Numbered from the stretch's first letter, positions 9,963 to 18,947 are shown. The stretch is DNA of 32,000 bases from Candidatus Fokinia solitaria (GCF_003072485.1 NZ_CP025989.1:120001-152000), one strand, 5' to 3'. The notes: generated by a model not told the origin, from the letters alone. Program-made: numbers and translations.

Positions 9963-12900
9963 AAGAGCGAAATAAGAGATATAGTCTGGCGATTTTATCA
10001 CAGTATCTCGCGAGTATAGGTATGATTTTTCATGTAATATGTCTTATCGTACCTTTTTTATTTTGTATTTATCTGCGTAGCGCTTCATCGTCGGATTTTT
10101 ATAAAAGTTGCACTTATAGCTATGATACTGGATTCTATAATCCGATATGGAGTAATTTCAATCACGAAGCTGATATCGCAGAACTACATTACGTAGGTGC
10201 AGTAGGTGCGAAATGTTGGGCTAGATGCCAAAAAGAGTGTGCTGCATTGTTTGGCATTACGCTTCCTGCAGATTTTAAATCTACTATACAAAGCGATATT
10301 CAAGGTGGCATTACAAAGAAAGATGTCACTAAGTTAGATGATTTTATTGAAGATAATCTTAATACGCAGGTAGATCTTAATCTTATAGAGGCAAATCAGG
10401 ATACTATACAAGAATGTATTATTAGCTGTCAAAGTGGTATTCCATACACTTTAAGCACAATAAAAGTACCGAATAGCGATTACAATTCACTGTCCGAAAT
10501 AAATCTATTGTATCCTACTAGCCCGTATAAGATATCAAATGCAAACAATACAACTCAATCCACTTGTACTACTACTACGTCAGCAAATGCTTTGATTGAT
10601 GACTTAAATCCTGCATATCCGTACAACACAGAAATAGTAGTGAAAGGAGGAGATCAAGTCACTCTCGAGATATATAACGACAGTACGATGAAATACCCTA
10701 CTGGTATTACTGAAGTAGGTATGAGCGATCAGCCTGTGATGTGCGGATTTCAAACGTCTTACATTTTTCCTTTTCCATATTCTATCTACTCACTTGGAGG
10801 ATGGAATAATGCCAGTAATGGATATGCTGGATGCCAAACTCCTGCAGATTGTGCTACTACCACTGAGATAACAGTGACTGATCCGTGTGATAGTTTATCA
10901 GGCGGGCAAAAGAAAAAATGCGAAAAAACGCAAAGTCAGTGTGCGAAGGGTAAGAATAAAAAAAACTGCTCCTCTGTTCAAGATACGACAACTACAGAAC
11001 AGATAGAGATTACGCCGATTAATACGCAGTATAATCTTGGTATTGGCACGTGGAGCGCAAGAAACGCAAACGTGTATTTTCCATCGCAATTTGTGATGAA
11101 CGGTAGCTTTTTTAAGATAGAGTATTATGGAAATTATTTGTATGACTGCAACTACTTGCAGCCTAGACAGGATAATTCAAGCATGGAGACAAGTTGGCAG
11201 CCATATTCATGTAGAAATCACGCTGATCAATACAGCTTATTGCTATATTTCACTAATGATTATAATGATGCAGATTGGATAGCCGGTAATATTTCAGGAG
11301 GTATTACACTATCATCTACAATATTTAATATGAAGGAATTGCTCAATTTTCAGAGTACTCCAACGCCAAATATATCGAAATCCTGCAATTATGAGGAAGG
11401 TATTATTCGTTCTAATGATGATATTATTGCGATAAAAGATGAAAATTCTTTAACAATGATAAAGAAGAATGGCGAATATGATACAACAGCTAAAATAAAT
11501 GGCGGTACATACAATTTTCAATCTAGTAGTGATGGTGGTACTTTTTCATCTACCAATGCAAGTGGTACTACAAAAAACGCAACTGTTTCAGTTCAAAAAG
11601 AATCAAGCGATGTCAGAGCATTTAGTGTAAGTGATGAAAATAACGATTATAATGGCACTGTTAGCACTCAGAATAATGAAATCAGCGCTACGCTTGATGG
11701 TAGTACTGTATCTGCGTCCGAAGAAAATGATGATACACCTCAAAGCATCCAATTCGCGAATAGTACAGGACTACAAGGTGCGATTTATACGAGACAGTAT
11801 CCAGACAGTATGCGCATTGTTGCAGATATGGATAGTTACTTATATGGCTACTTAGGAGCATGCAGTCTTAGCTTAGACACAGCGCCGCTGTCGTTTTTGC
11901 AAATGTTTCAATGCTTCAATAATGCTACACATCGTCAAAGGTGCCAGTTTCAAAATGAAGAATCACTATATATCAGATATAATAGAAATGCACTTCCTGC
12001 TATAAGCTTTGCTGGATATTTAAGCGGTCTTCCTTCAGGTGTTTCTGCGATTGGTCTAAGGCATTTTGAGCCTGCTTCGTCATCTTCTGCAACTATACCT
12101 CAAGTTTATTGGACTGATAATGTAGGAGGATTTAATGTGATACTCTCCACTGGAAATTGTGTGCTGTCAAATGGTGCAGGATTAGAATATGCTGTAGTTC
12201 CTACCGAATTTGTATCTACAAGCGATGAAAGTTATGCCATTTCAGCGGTAGAGTGGAAAGCGGTACCGTGGCAATCTGGTACTACACAAGCGACGGTATC
12301 TATCCCTTTTGGCACTCCAAAAGGGTATTTATTTCTCAGAATTCGATATAGTCCAAGCATTACTACTACTTTCGAAGATAGCGATGTGAATAGTGAGATA
12401 TTTTCATCATATCAAACATATATCGCAAAGATACAGAATGCATTGCCGAATACGAATGCTGCAAATGGATATATTGTTGGTATATCTGTTACCGCAGGGA
12501 ATGATACAGATATCCTTGCGCAGAGTTCTGATTGGCAGCAATACGTGCAATACGAAAAGAGCGATACATCTACAAGAATATTTCCTCGTATAGATCAAAA
12601 TAAAGCATGGCAATATACAATCACAGGAGATAATCAGTACACTGTCATCGTAGATGGAAATCCTAATAAGAAGCAGTATGAAGCACATGGTACTGGAGAG
12701 AATGATTATCATGCTGCCGCGCAGAAAGAATTTGATGAATGGCAATATACTGTTGGAAATGAAAATAGTAACTTTATAGTAAAAAAAGATGCTACTGCAG
12801 GGCAATATATAGTACAAGGCAATGTTGGAAGTGAGAATGGCAGCGTAGTAGTAGGGAAAGGACCTCTTAAAGGGCAGTACACTGTGCAGGGTACCGTGAT

Positions 12901-14101
12901 AGGTAAAGATAGCGGCAGTGTACTGCCAAATGACTCTGGATTACTATCTTTGCAATCTTCTCCTACTGCATCATCTAGTAAAGGAGGGCCAGTTTGTAGA
13001 TTTATAACGGCATATGTTGGCATGCTATTTGGCGGTGCCGATATATTAAAGCGTGATGGAAATTCTGTTTCTCCATCTGAAGCGGGAGCAGTAGGAAAAT
13101 TATTTGATGGAATAGTGCAAAATCCGATGATGCTGCTAATTGTTCGATTTGCCATACTACTGAGTATTGTGATTCATGCATTAAAATTTTTTATTGGTAT
13201 GTCTGAAGTGACAACAAAGGAAGTCATTTTTACGATAGCAAAATTTACTACGATAGCATGTTTCTTTAGCGCAAGTAGTTGGCAGCTATTTTATGACTTT
13301 TTCTTTAAACCGTTTTTAGGAGGTATGTTAGCTGTCACCAATATTGCATCCGGTGCGCTTGCATTAGAAGATCTTGTACTATGCAAATCATGCGTAAATT
13401 CGTGCGATACGGGAGTGTTTGTATTAAATAACCTCGATTATATTTTCAACTTTATATGGAGTTCAATGTTGAAATTATTATCTCTATTGAGAGGTGTGCT
13501 GACATTTTGTGCCGGTATAATGTTCATGATAGCGGTATATATTTACGTAGTAGCGATGTTAAAGGCTGCAATGATGTATCTATATGCAGTAACGGTAATG
13601 GCCATATTACTCATTTTTATTCCGGTTGTAATATCATGTATTTTGTTTAATTTTTCTCACAAAATTTTTTGGAGTACAGTGAAGTACTTATTTGGAATAA
13701 CAGCGCAAGTTGTACTAGTCTTCAGCGCATTGTCTTTTTTGCAAGTAATAACCTTTATTCTAATATCCGCAGTATTCAATTTTACTATATGTAAAATATG
13801 CCTTTGGAATTTCTTTGGTTTATGTGTTCTTCATGGATATACAGCGCTGAGTGATGCGCACTATCCTATTGAATCTCAAGTTGGATTATTTATTATGCTG
13901 CAGATACTTTGTTTTCTTGCGGTAAGTTGTCTTACACGAAATGCTGTAGTATTCTTTTCTGCACTTGGTGCAAAAATTGCGGAAACTGCAAAAGGAGTCT
14001 ATGGATCTGACGGTGGTAAAGCAGTCGGAAACTCTCTACAAAGTGTGAAAGGTTGGCTTTCTGAAAGAGCGAGTAGCGCATATCGCTACTTTGTGGATTA
14101 A
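9959..14101 (+). CDS. Very large VirB6-like protein (second paralog) with a long extracytoplasmic region
   Basis: 1380 aa. N-terminal TM (YLASIGMIFHVICLIVPFLFCIYL), then about 1000 aa rich in S/T/N/Q, then C-terminal VirB6-like TMs (AILLSIVIHALKFFIGM, IYIYVVAMLKAAMMYLYAVTVMAILLIFIPVVI). Starts in a 4-bp overlap with the first virB6. Confidence 0.82.
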   Translation: MKERNKRYSLAILSQYLASIGMIFHVICLIVPFLFCIYLRSASSSDFYKSCTYSYDTGFYNPIWSNFNHEADIAELHYVGAVGAKCWARCQKECAALFGITLPADFKSTIQSDIQGGITKKDVTKLDDFIEDNLNTQVDLNLIEANQDTIQECIISCQSGIPYTLSTIKVPNSDYNSLSEINLLYPTSPYKISNANNTTQSTCTTTTSANALIDDLNPAYPYNTEIVVKGGDQVTLEIYNDSTMKYPTGITEVGMSDQPVMCGFQTSYIFPFPYSIYSLGGWNNASNGYAGCQTPADCATTTEITVTDPCDSLSGGQKKKCEKTQSQCAKGKNKKNCSSVQDTTTTEQIEITPINTQYNLGIGTWSARNANVYFPSQFVMNGSFFKIEYYGNYLYDCNYLQPRQDNSSMETSWQPYSCRNHADQYSLLLYFTNDYNDADWIAGNISGGITLSSTIFNMKELLNFQSTPTPNISKSCNYEEGIIRSNDDIIAIKDENSLTMIKKNGEYDTTAKINGGTYNFQSSSDGGTFSSTNASGTTKNATVSVQKESSDVRAFSVSDENNDYNGTVSTQNNEISATLDGSTVSASEENDDTPQSIQFANSTGLQGAIYTRQYPDSMRIVADMDSYLYGYLGACSLSLDTAPLSFLQMFQCFNNATHRQRCQFQNEESLYIRYNRNALPAISFAGYLSGLPSGVSAIGLRHFEPASSSSATIPQVYWTDNVGGFNVILSTGNCVLSNGAGLEYAVVPTEFVSTSDESYAISAVEWKAVPWQSGTTQATVSIPFGTPKGYLFLRIRYSPSITTTFEDSDVNSEIFSSYQTYIAKIQNALPNTNAANGYIVGISVTAGNDTDILAQSSDWQQYVQYEKSDTSTRIFPRIDQNKAWQYTITGDNQYTVIVDGNPNKKQYEAHGTGENDYHAAAQKEFDEWQYTVGNENSNFIVKKDATAGQYIVQGNVGSENGSVVVGKGPLKGQYTVQGTVIGKDSGSVLPNDSGLLSLQSSPTASSSKGGPVCRFITAYVGMLFGGADILKRDGNSVSPSEAGAVGKLFDGIVQNPMMLLIVRFAILLSIVIHALKFFIGMSEVTTKEVIFTIAKFTTIACFFSASSWQLFYDFFFKPFLGGMLAVTNIASGALALEDLVLCKSCVNSCDTGVFVLNNLDYIFNFIWSSMLKLLSLLRGVLTFCAGIMFMIAVYIYVVAMLKAAMMYLYAVTVMAILLIFIPVVISCILFNFSHKIFWSTVKYLFGITAQVVLVFSALSFLQVITFILISAVFNFTICKICLWNFFGLCVLHGYTALSDAHYPIESQVGLFIMLQILCFLAVSCLTRNAVVFFSALGAKIAETAKGVYGSDGGKAVGNSLQSVKGWLSERASSAYRYFVD

Positions 14102-14147
14102 AGGCTATTTACTGCAGAATAATGATCTCTGCGCTTTACGACTCATA

Positions 14148-14224
14148 TGGCGTGTCCTGAGAGAGTCGAACTCCCGACCTAGTGCTTAGAAGGCACTTGC
14201 TCTATCCAGCTGAGCTAAGGACAC
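14148..14224 (-). tRNA. tRNA-Arg (anticodon TCT), CCA end encoded
   Basis: The reverse complement GTGTCCTTAGCTCAGCTGGATAGAGCAAGTGCCTTCTAAGCACTAGGTCGGGAGTTCGACTCTCTCAGGACACGCCA folds as a cloverleaf. The acceptor stem is GTGTCCT/AGGACAC, the anticodon loop CTTCTAA, the T loop TTCGACT, and the 3' end CCA. Confidence 0.95.
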
Positions 14225-14232
14225 ACGCAAAA

Positions 14233-14270
14233 GTGGCTTTATGCGAAACTTTTATGCATGCTAAAGCCAC
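14233..14270 (-). terminator. Probable intrinsic terminator downstream of queF
   Basis: Perfect 9-bp inverted repeat GTGGCTTTA ... TAAAGCCAC. Read on the minus strand it is followed by TTTTGCG, and it lies between the queF stop and the tRNA-Arg 5' end. Confidence 0.6.
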
Positions 14271-14321
14271 GAAAAGTGTAGTATAAATCGTGATATATCG
14301 CAATCAAAATATATCATCAAT

Positions 14322-15167
14322 CTATTGTCGTAATGTTCTACTAATATGATGACTATCGATAAGGTAATTTGCTCTATATGGATTTATTTCAATCCCGCCT
14401 CTTCTCATGTAATTTCCATATACCATTACATTACTTGCTTCATATTTCAAAGTGATATCAAGCAATATTCGCTCGATGGAAAATTCGTGGAAGCCGCTCT
14501 GTTTTTCGAAAGAATTTAGATATATCGATAAAGCACTTTTATTCAGTTCTATACCGGTATAGTGTATCGTTACAGTTGCAAGATCGGGCTGTTCTGTAAT
14601 AGGGCAATTGCATCGAAAGGTATTGGTATACATGACATCGTCGACGTTTGTAGTAGAATTGCAATGAGTAACGTAATCCATTCTTCTATGAAAGGTGTCT
14701 TTTGCAAGAGCTGCCATGCTGAGTTCTTCTAGTTCTTTAGTTTTTGTATCTAAGCAGATACCTTGACGCTTTACCGGCTGTAAGTAGCTGTCAATATCGA
14801 AGATCCTTACATTTATTGTAGTTTCTAATGCACTGCTGAGGTCATCGGAAATAGTAATGCTTAATTCATCTCTGTCTCGAAAAGTCCTATTACGTAAAGA
14901 TGATAGATATATCTTTGCTGATTTAGACTCTAGAAGGTACTCGCTTTGCGCATCGTACTTGAATTCTAATACGCATGCTTCAGGAATATGATATGAATCA
15001 AGCCAAATTAGTTCGTAGCATCGCCATAGATCAAAACCGTGCATTTTCGACACAGAACTTTGACTATCTATAAAAGTTTTTCTTGAGAATTCGCGGGGTA
15101 TTTTACATAGCACGTACGGCGCATATTGTGTAGGAATTTTTGTATTTTTTCCAAGAAAAGTATCCAT
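14322..15167 (-). CDS. queF: NADPH-dependent 7-cyano-7-deazaguanine reductase, long (YqcD/E. coli-like) form
   Basis: 281 aa. Contains LWRCYELIWL, LESKSAKIYLSSL, RCNCPITEQPDLATVTIHYTG, SFEKQSGFHEFSIERILLDI and YMRRGGIEINPYRAN, which are QueF motifs. Confidence 0.93.
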   Translation of the reverse strand: MDTFLGKNTKIPTQYAPYVLCKIPREFSRKTFIDSQSSVSKMHGFDLWRCYELIWLDSYHIPEACVLEFKYDAQSEYLLESKSAKIYLSSLRNRTFRDRDELSITISDDLSSALETTINVRIFDIDSYLQPVKRQGICLDTKTKELEELSMAALAKDTFHRRMDYVTHCNSTTNVDDVMYTNTFRCNCPITEQPDLATVTIHYTGIELNKSALSIYLNSFEKQSGFHEFSIERILLDITLKYEASNVMVYGNYMRRGGIEINPYRANYLIDSHHISRTLRQ

Positions 15168-15223
15168 TGTTTTTATAAAATTCTCAGTAACTGATAAAAA
15201 AGATGTAATTATATATCTCTCCT

Positions 15224-15835
15224 TTAAGAGAGTATTGTTAGATTGTGCAAGTTTTTTTTCATCTTAGTGAGATAACGTAACTCTATTAAATATTTAGAAA
15301 CGTTATCGTACTGTGATAGCGTGATTATTTTTATAATTAACTTCTGTAATGTAAAGACTTTATCTTTTATTGTTGTCATTATTTGCAGCTTGCCTTCACT
15401 ATCCGACTCCTCGAATTTGATATTTAGCATAAAAAGATCTTTTAAAATACTATCATCCGCTACTTCCTTTATTCTATGAACTTGTAGTATGTATTCTACG
15501 CGTGATACGAAATCAGAAAGTGTGACGAGTGCTCTATTGCATATAGATGCTCTATGCATTGCTATCAATTTTTCAAATTGCGTTGCGTAAATATGCTTAT
15601 CAGGGTGAAATTTTTCCTGTTTTTGGTTGCATTTTAGTAGCAGAATATCGTTAGAGAAAGTCTCTTGCTCTGTGATATTCAATATATCAAAGAGCGTAAT
15701 CCAATTTTCAGCATTTTCAAAAGGAGTATCCTTATACAACACCATTTTATCGTCGAGTTGTATTACTTTTCCACACTTATTGCATATATCCATATCATGC
15801 GAAATTGCGCAGCAACTAACACATTTAATGTTCAT
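15224..15835 (-). CDS. hscB: Fe-S cluster assembly co-chaperone HscB/HSC20-like J-domain protein with an N-terminal CxxC...CxxC motif
   Basis: 203 aa. CVSC..CNKC N-terminal motif, WITLFDILN, HPD motif (KFHPDKH), SICNRALVTLSDFVSRVEYILQV, and a helical C-terminal domain. Confidence 0.82.
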   Translation of the reverse strand: MNIKCVSCCAISHDMDICNKCGKVIQLDDKMVLYKDTPFENAENWITLFDILNITEQETFSNDILLLKCNQKQEKFHPDKHIYATQFEKLIAMHRASICNRALVTLSDFVSRVEYILQVHRIKEVADDSILKDLFMLNIKFEESDSEGKLQIMTTIKDKVFTLQKLIIKIITLSQYDNVSKYLIELRYLTKMKKNLHNLTILS

Positions 15836-15849
15836 TATCGTTTAAAAAA

Positions 15850-17328
15850 GTGAAAAAACTCAGCAAAATATTTTCCAGCATCTTAAAAGAGGACTTTTAT
15901 TCATTTTTTCATAAAGCTTTTCGCACGCTACATCCTACTCAAGAACTATATCAGAATTGGCATATAAGATGCTTTATAGAAAATATAAAACTTATTGAAA
16001 AAGGCATTATAAATCGTCTGATAGTCAATATACCACCAAGAGCATTAAAATCTATCATATTTAGTGTGATATGGCCATCTTGGATATTAGGACGTGCGCC
16101 GGACTCGAAAATTATTACTGTTAGCTATAATAAATCTCTTGCAATAAAGCATAACATGGATTGTAAAACAGTAATGCAATCAGATTGGTATTGTGAGTGT
16201 TTTCCATGTGCAAAGCAATTTCGATTCTCTAAAGATAGAATCAGTACGGCACAGCTAGGATACAAATTTGCAACTTCTCCAAATTCAACTTTATTAGGAG
16301 AAGGTGCGGACATTATTATTATTGACGATCCGCAGATTCCGCAAAATATAAATTCTCTCGAGTATAGGGAAAAGACTTACTATTGGTTTCAAAGTGTATT
16401 ATTTTCTCGTCTTAATTCTCCTAAAAATGGTATTATATGTTTGATTATGCAAAGATTGCACGAGCAAGATTTGAGTGGCAAGTTACTGCAAATTGATACT
16501 GGAGATTTTCAAAAATGGCATCACGTTATTATAGAAGCGCTAGCGTCTTCTGATAGAATATACAAGTTTGGTGATTATGAAGTTAAAATACCGAAGAATC
16601 AGCCATTTGATACTTTCAGATATACGAAAGATTCACTATCTTCTCTAAGAAATGCAGTAGGAGAAAGCGTTTTTCTATCTCAATATCAACAAGAGCCATT
16701 AAAGCATAGAGAAGATAGCATAGTGCGGGAAGATTGGATTCAATGGTACAATGATAACATGGAGAAAAAATTTGATATGATATATCAAAGCTGGGATTGT
16801 GCTAGTAAAAGCAAAGTAGGTAATGATTACTCAGCTATGACAGAGTGGGGAATTAATGATAGTGGCGTATATTTATTACAAGCGAAAAGGGTAAAAGCAG
16901 AATACTTGAAATTAAAGAACTTTATTATTGAAGAATGGCAAAAGAGATATGATCAATACTCGCATAAGATGCTTGGCGTTATTATTGAGGAAGCTGCTTC
17001 AGGTATACAGCTTATTCAAGAATTACCTCATATCACGAATCGTAGAATGAGAGTAATTTCGTATAAACCGAAATACAGTAAGAAAGCAAGATTATCCTTA
17101 GTGTCATTTCTCTTTGAAGTCGGAAAAATATTTTTCCCTAAAAGATCTATAATAAAAAGAGGAGATAAAGTTGAAGACGATCACGTAATGGCTTTACTCA
17201 ACGAAATAGTATCATATCCGTATTGTAAAAATGATGATCTGATGGATTCTGCAGTGCAATTCTTACACTGGTATAGTGCTAATGTATGCAATAATCCGAG
17301 AACATTACCGAAAATTCGATTACTCTAA
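15850..17328 (+). CDS. terL: Phage/GTA-type terminase large subunit
   Basis: 492 aa. LIVNIPPRALKSIIFSVIWPSWILGRAPDSKIITVSY (ATPase A region), IIIIDDPQ (Walker B), and nuclease-domain features (IYQSWDCASKSKVGNDYSAMTEWGI, VIIEEAASGIQLIQEL, KVEDDHVMALLNEI, DDLMDSAVQFLHW). Confidence 0.88.
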   Translation: MKKLSKIFSSILKEDFYSFFHKAFRTLHPTQELYQNWHIRCFIENIKLIEKGIINRLIVNIPPRALKSIIFSVIWPSWILGRAPDSKIITVSYNKSLAIKHNMDCKTVMQSDWYCECFPCAKQFRFSKDRISTAQLGYKFATSPNSTLLGEGADIIIIDDPQIPQNINSLEYREKTYYWFQSVLFSRLNSPKNGIICLIMQRLHEQDLSGKLLQIDTGDFQKWHHVIIEALASSDRIYKFGDYEVKIPKNQPFDTFRYTKDSLSSLRNAVGESVFLSQYQQEPLKHREDSIVREDWIQWYNDNMEKKFDMIYQSWDCASKSKVGNDYSAMTEWGINDSGVYLLQAKRVKAEYLKLKNFIIEEWQKRYDQYSHKMLGVIIEEAASGIQLIQELPHITNRRMRVISYKPKYSKKARLSLVSFLFEVGKIFFPKRSIIKRGDKVEDDHVMALLNEIVSYPYCKNDDLMDSAVQFLHWYSANVCNNPRTLPKIRLL

Positions 17329-17342
17329 CGCTAATATTAATA

Positions 17343-18212
17343 TTATTGTTTTTTGCAGTATTTTTCTCGTAGATATTCTCTTGTTCCTGTATGATTTTTA
17401 CAGATTTTCTCGAATTTTATTACACTGAATGGTATAGAGCATATATAAATTGTCAATAGTAAGGGAATTGCATTCCATGGCACAGTGAGGACGTACGCTA
17501 TATATAATGCAGATCCAAGTAGCGCAATTGGTATATATGCTACAGGAATTTTCATATATTTTAGAGAAAATGTTGGCAGTGTGCTGACGAGAGATAAACT
17601 GATTAGTACTTGATATATCAGTATTATTTCTGCGGGGATTTGTAGCGTTTTCATGACGCTGAACTTTAACATTAATGGTAGCACTAAAAGCATCGCACCT
17701 ACTGGTGCTGGTATGCCGCAGAAAAATGCTCCCATGCCAAACAGTATTTTTCTTATTCTCACATCTTTATCATGCGTGTACTGTGACTCTGTGCAATATG
17801 TTTCTACATCTTCTAGTGAAATACTTTGCGTATTGAATCTTGCTAATCTTACAGCCGTACAGCTTGGAAATAAGATTGTGCACAATAAAAACACAGTTGC
17901 ATCTTGCGCTATGGTATATGTTGAAAGCCATATATGCATTAAGATAGCAGGTGCTATTCCAAAACTTATTACGTCTGCAATAGAATCTAAATTCTCTCCA
18001 AACTTTGATGTTGCTTTCAATAGTCTTGCTGTGTATCCGTCTATGCTATCCATAATGGTAGCAATAATGATCAGTACTGCAGCTTGCTCGAATTTGAAGG
18101 AGATTGAATATACAATCGACAGTACACCTAATGATAGAGAAACTAAGGTAATAAGGGATGGTAATAGCTTATAGAATGATACTATTTTTAGTATGCTTAT
18201 TTTGAATTTCAT
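17343..18212 (-). CDS. pssA: CDP-diacylglycerol--serine O-phosphatidyltransferase
   Basis: 289 aa with a CDP-alcohol phosphatidyltransferase-like signature (IMDSIDGYTARLLKATSKFGENLDSIADVISFGIAPAIL). Confidence 0.92.
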   Translation of the reverse strand: MKFKISILKIVSFYKLLPSLITLVSLSLGVLSIVYSISFKFEQAAVLIIIATIMDSIDGYTARLLKATSKFGENLDSIADVISFGIAPAILMHIWLSTYTIAQDATVFLLCTILFPSCTAVRLARFNTQSISLEDVETYCTESQYTHDKDVRIRKILFGMGAFFCGIPAPVGAMLLVLPLMLKFSVMKTLQIPAEIILIYQVLISLSLVSTLPTFSLKYMKIPVAYIPIALLGSALYIAYVLTVPWNAIPLLLTIYICSIPFSVIKFEKICKNHTGTREYLREKYCKKQ

Positions 18213-18301
18213 GCTTTTATGCGTATATATTCAATGCACGATCCTACATTATCATGGAGGATGAGTCGATAATTTGCACTTAATAATTTATATCAGCGCT
18301 T

Positions 18302-18826
18302 CTACGGAGTATCTTGCGCATCTTTTGTGGAGGTATCTTCCGTAGGCGTAGTATCTGCAGGAGTATCTTCCGTAGGCGTAGTGTCCGCAGTGGTATCTTC
18401 CGTAGGCGTAGTGTCTGCAGATATAGCTTGAGTTTCTGTAATTATTCCTTTCTTTTTGAGGTTATTTTTAAGATCTTCTCTTTCTTCCGCGAGTGCAGAT
18501 GGTTGTGACTTTCTTTTTTGTTCTTCCTCTGCTTGTTTCGACTGTCTTATAAGTTCTGCGACTGAAATGTGATACTTATGAGAAATTTCGACAAGTTCGT
18601 GTAGCGATTTTTCTACCTCATCAGGAATAGTGATTTGTTTTTCACTTAATGCTTTCATCTGAAATTCTATAGGATTATCCTTCTTAGGATATCCGACAGA
18701 TATTGTAATTTGAGATGGTGCACCATTTATGAACGCAGTGACCGGTATTTTTGCGATTTCCGGGACTTTTTTAACCTTCTGACATAGAGGCTTCATAAAA
18801 TTTTCTGTATCGGATTGATCCGGCAT
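18302..18826 (-). CDS. DUF2610-like Rickettsiales protein with a repetitive Thr/Pro/Asp C-terminal tail
   Basis: 174 aa. The core INGAPSQITISVGYPKKDNPIEFQMKALSEKQITIPDEVEKSLHELVEISHKYHISVAEL resembles the DUF2610 consensus. The tail carries ADTTPTEDT repeats. Confidence 0.6.
   Translation of the reverse strand: MPDQSDTENFMKPLCQKVKKVPEIAKIPVTAFINGAPSQITISVGYPKKDNPIEFQMKALSEKQITIPDEVEKSLHELVEISHKYHISVAELIRQSKQAEEEQKRKSQPSALAEEREDLKNNLKKKGIITETQAISADTTPTEDTTADTTPTEDTPADTTPTEDTSTKDAQDTP
18333..18422. repeat. Tandem repeat, 30-bp unit, 3 copies
   Basis: The unit gtatcttccgtaggcgtagt(a/g)tc(t/c)gcag(n)(n) starts at 18333, 18363 and 18393. It encodes a 10-aa unit (DTTPTEDTxA) on the minus strand, in frame. 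Confidence 0.95.
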
Positions 18827-18947
18827 TCTTTATGGTAGAGAGTAGCGTTATTTGAATTGTATAAGTGTTATCTTTTATATGCAATAGATATTGACTTGTG
18901 ATATAAATTTTACTCTAATTAAAGATAATATAAATATTTTAAAAAAT

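Noticed and set aside
12407-12817. 136-aa antisense ORF inside the large virB6-like gene, plus neighbouring 12709..13155 (148 aa)
   Set aside because: They lie fully opposite a long, convincing CDS. Translations are low-complexity (Ile/Cys-rich or Ser/Pro-rich) with no recognisable motif, so they are probably shadow ORFs.
17653-18174. 173-aa plus-strand ORF opposite pssA
   Set aside because: pssA on the other strand has the full CDP-alcohol phosphatidyltransferase-like motif and TM pattern. The antisense product has none.
18333-18422. Could the direct repeats be a mini-CRISPR?
   Set aside because: The units are contiguous with no spacers, the period is a multiple of 3 and in frame, and no cas genes are nearby. 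This is a coding tandem repeat.
18314-18508. Plus-strand ORF with apparent repeat IFRRRSVCRS
   Set aside because: The periodicity is only the antisense reading of the 30-bp tandem repeat in the minus-strand gene.
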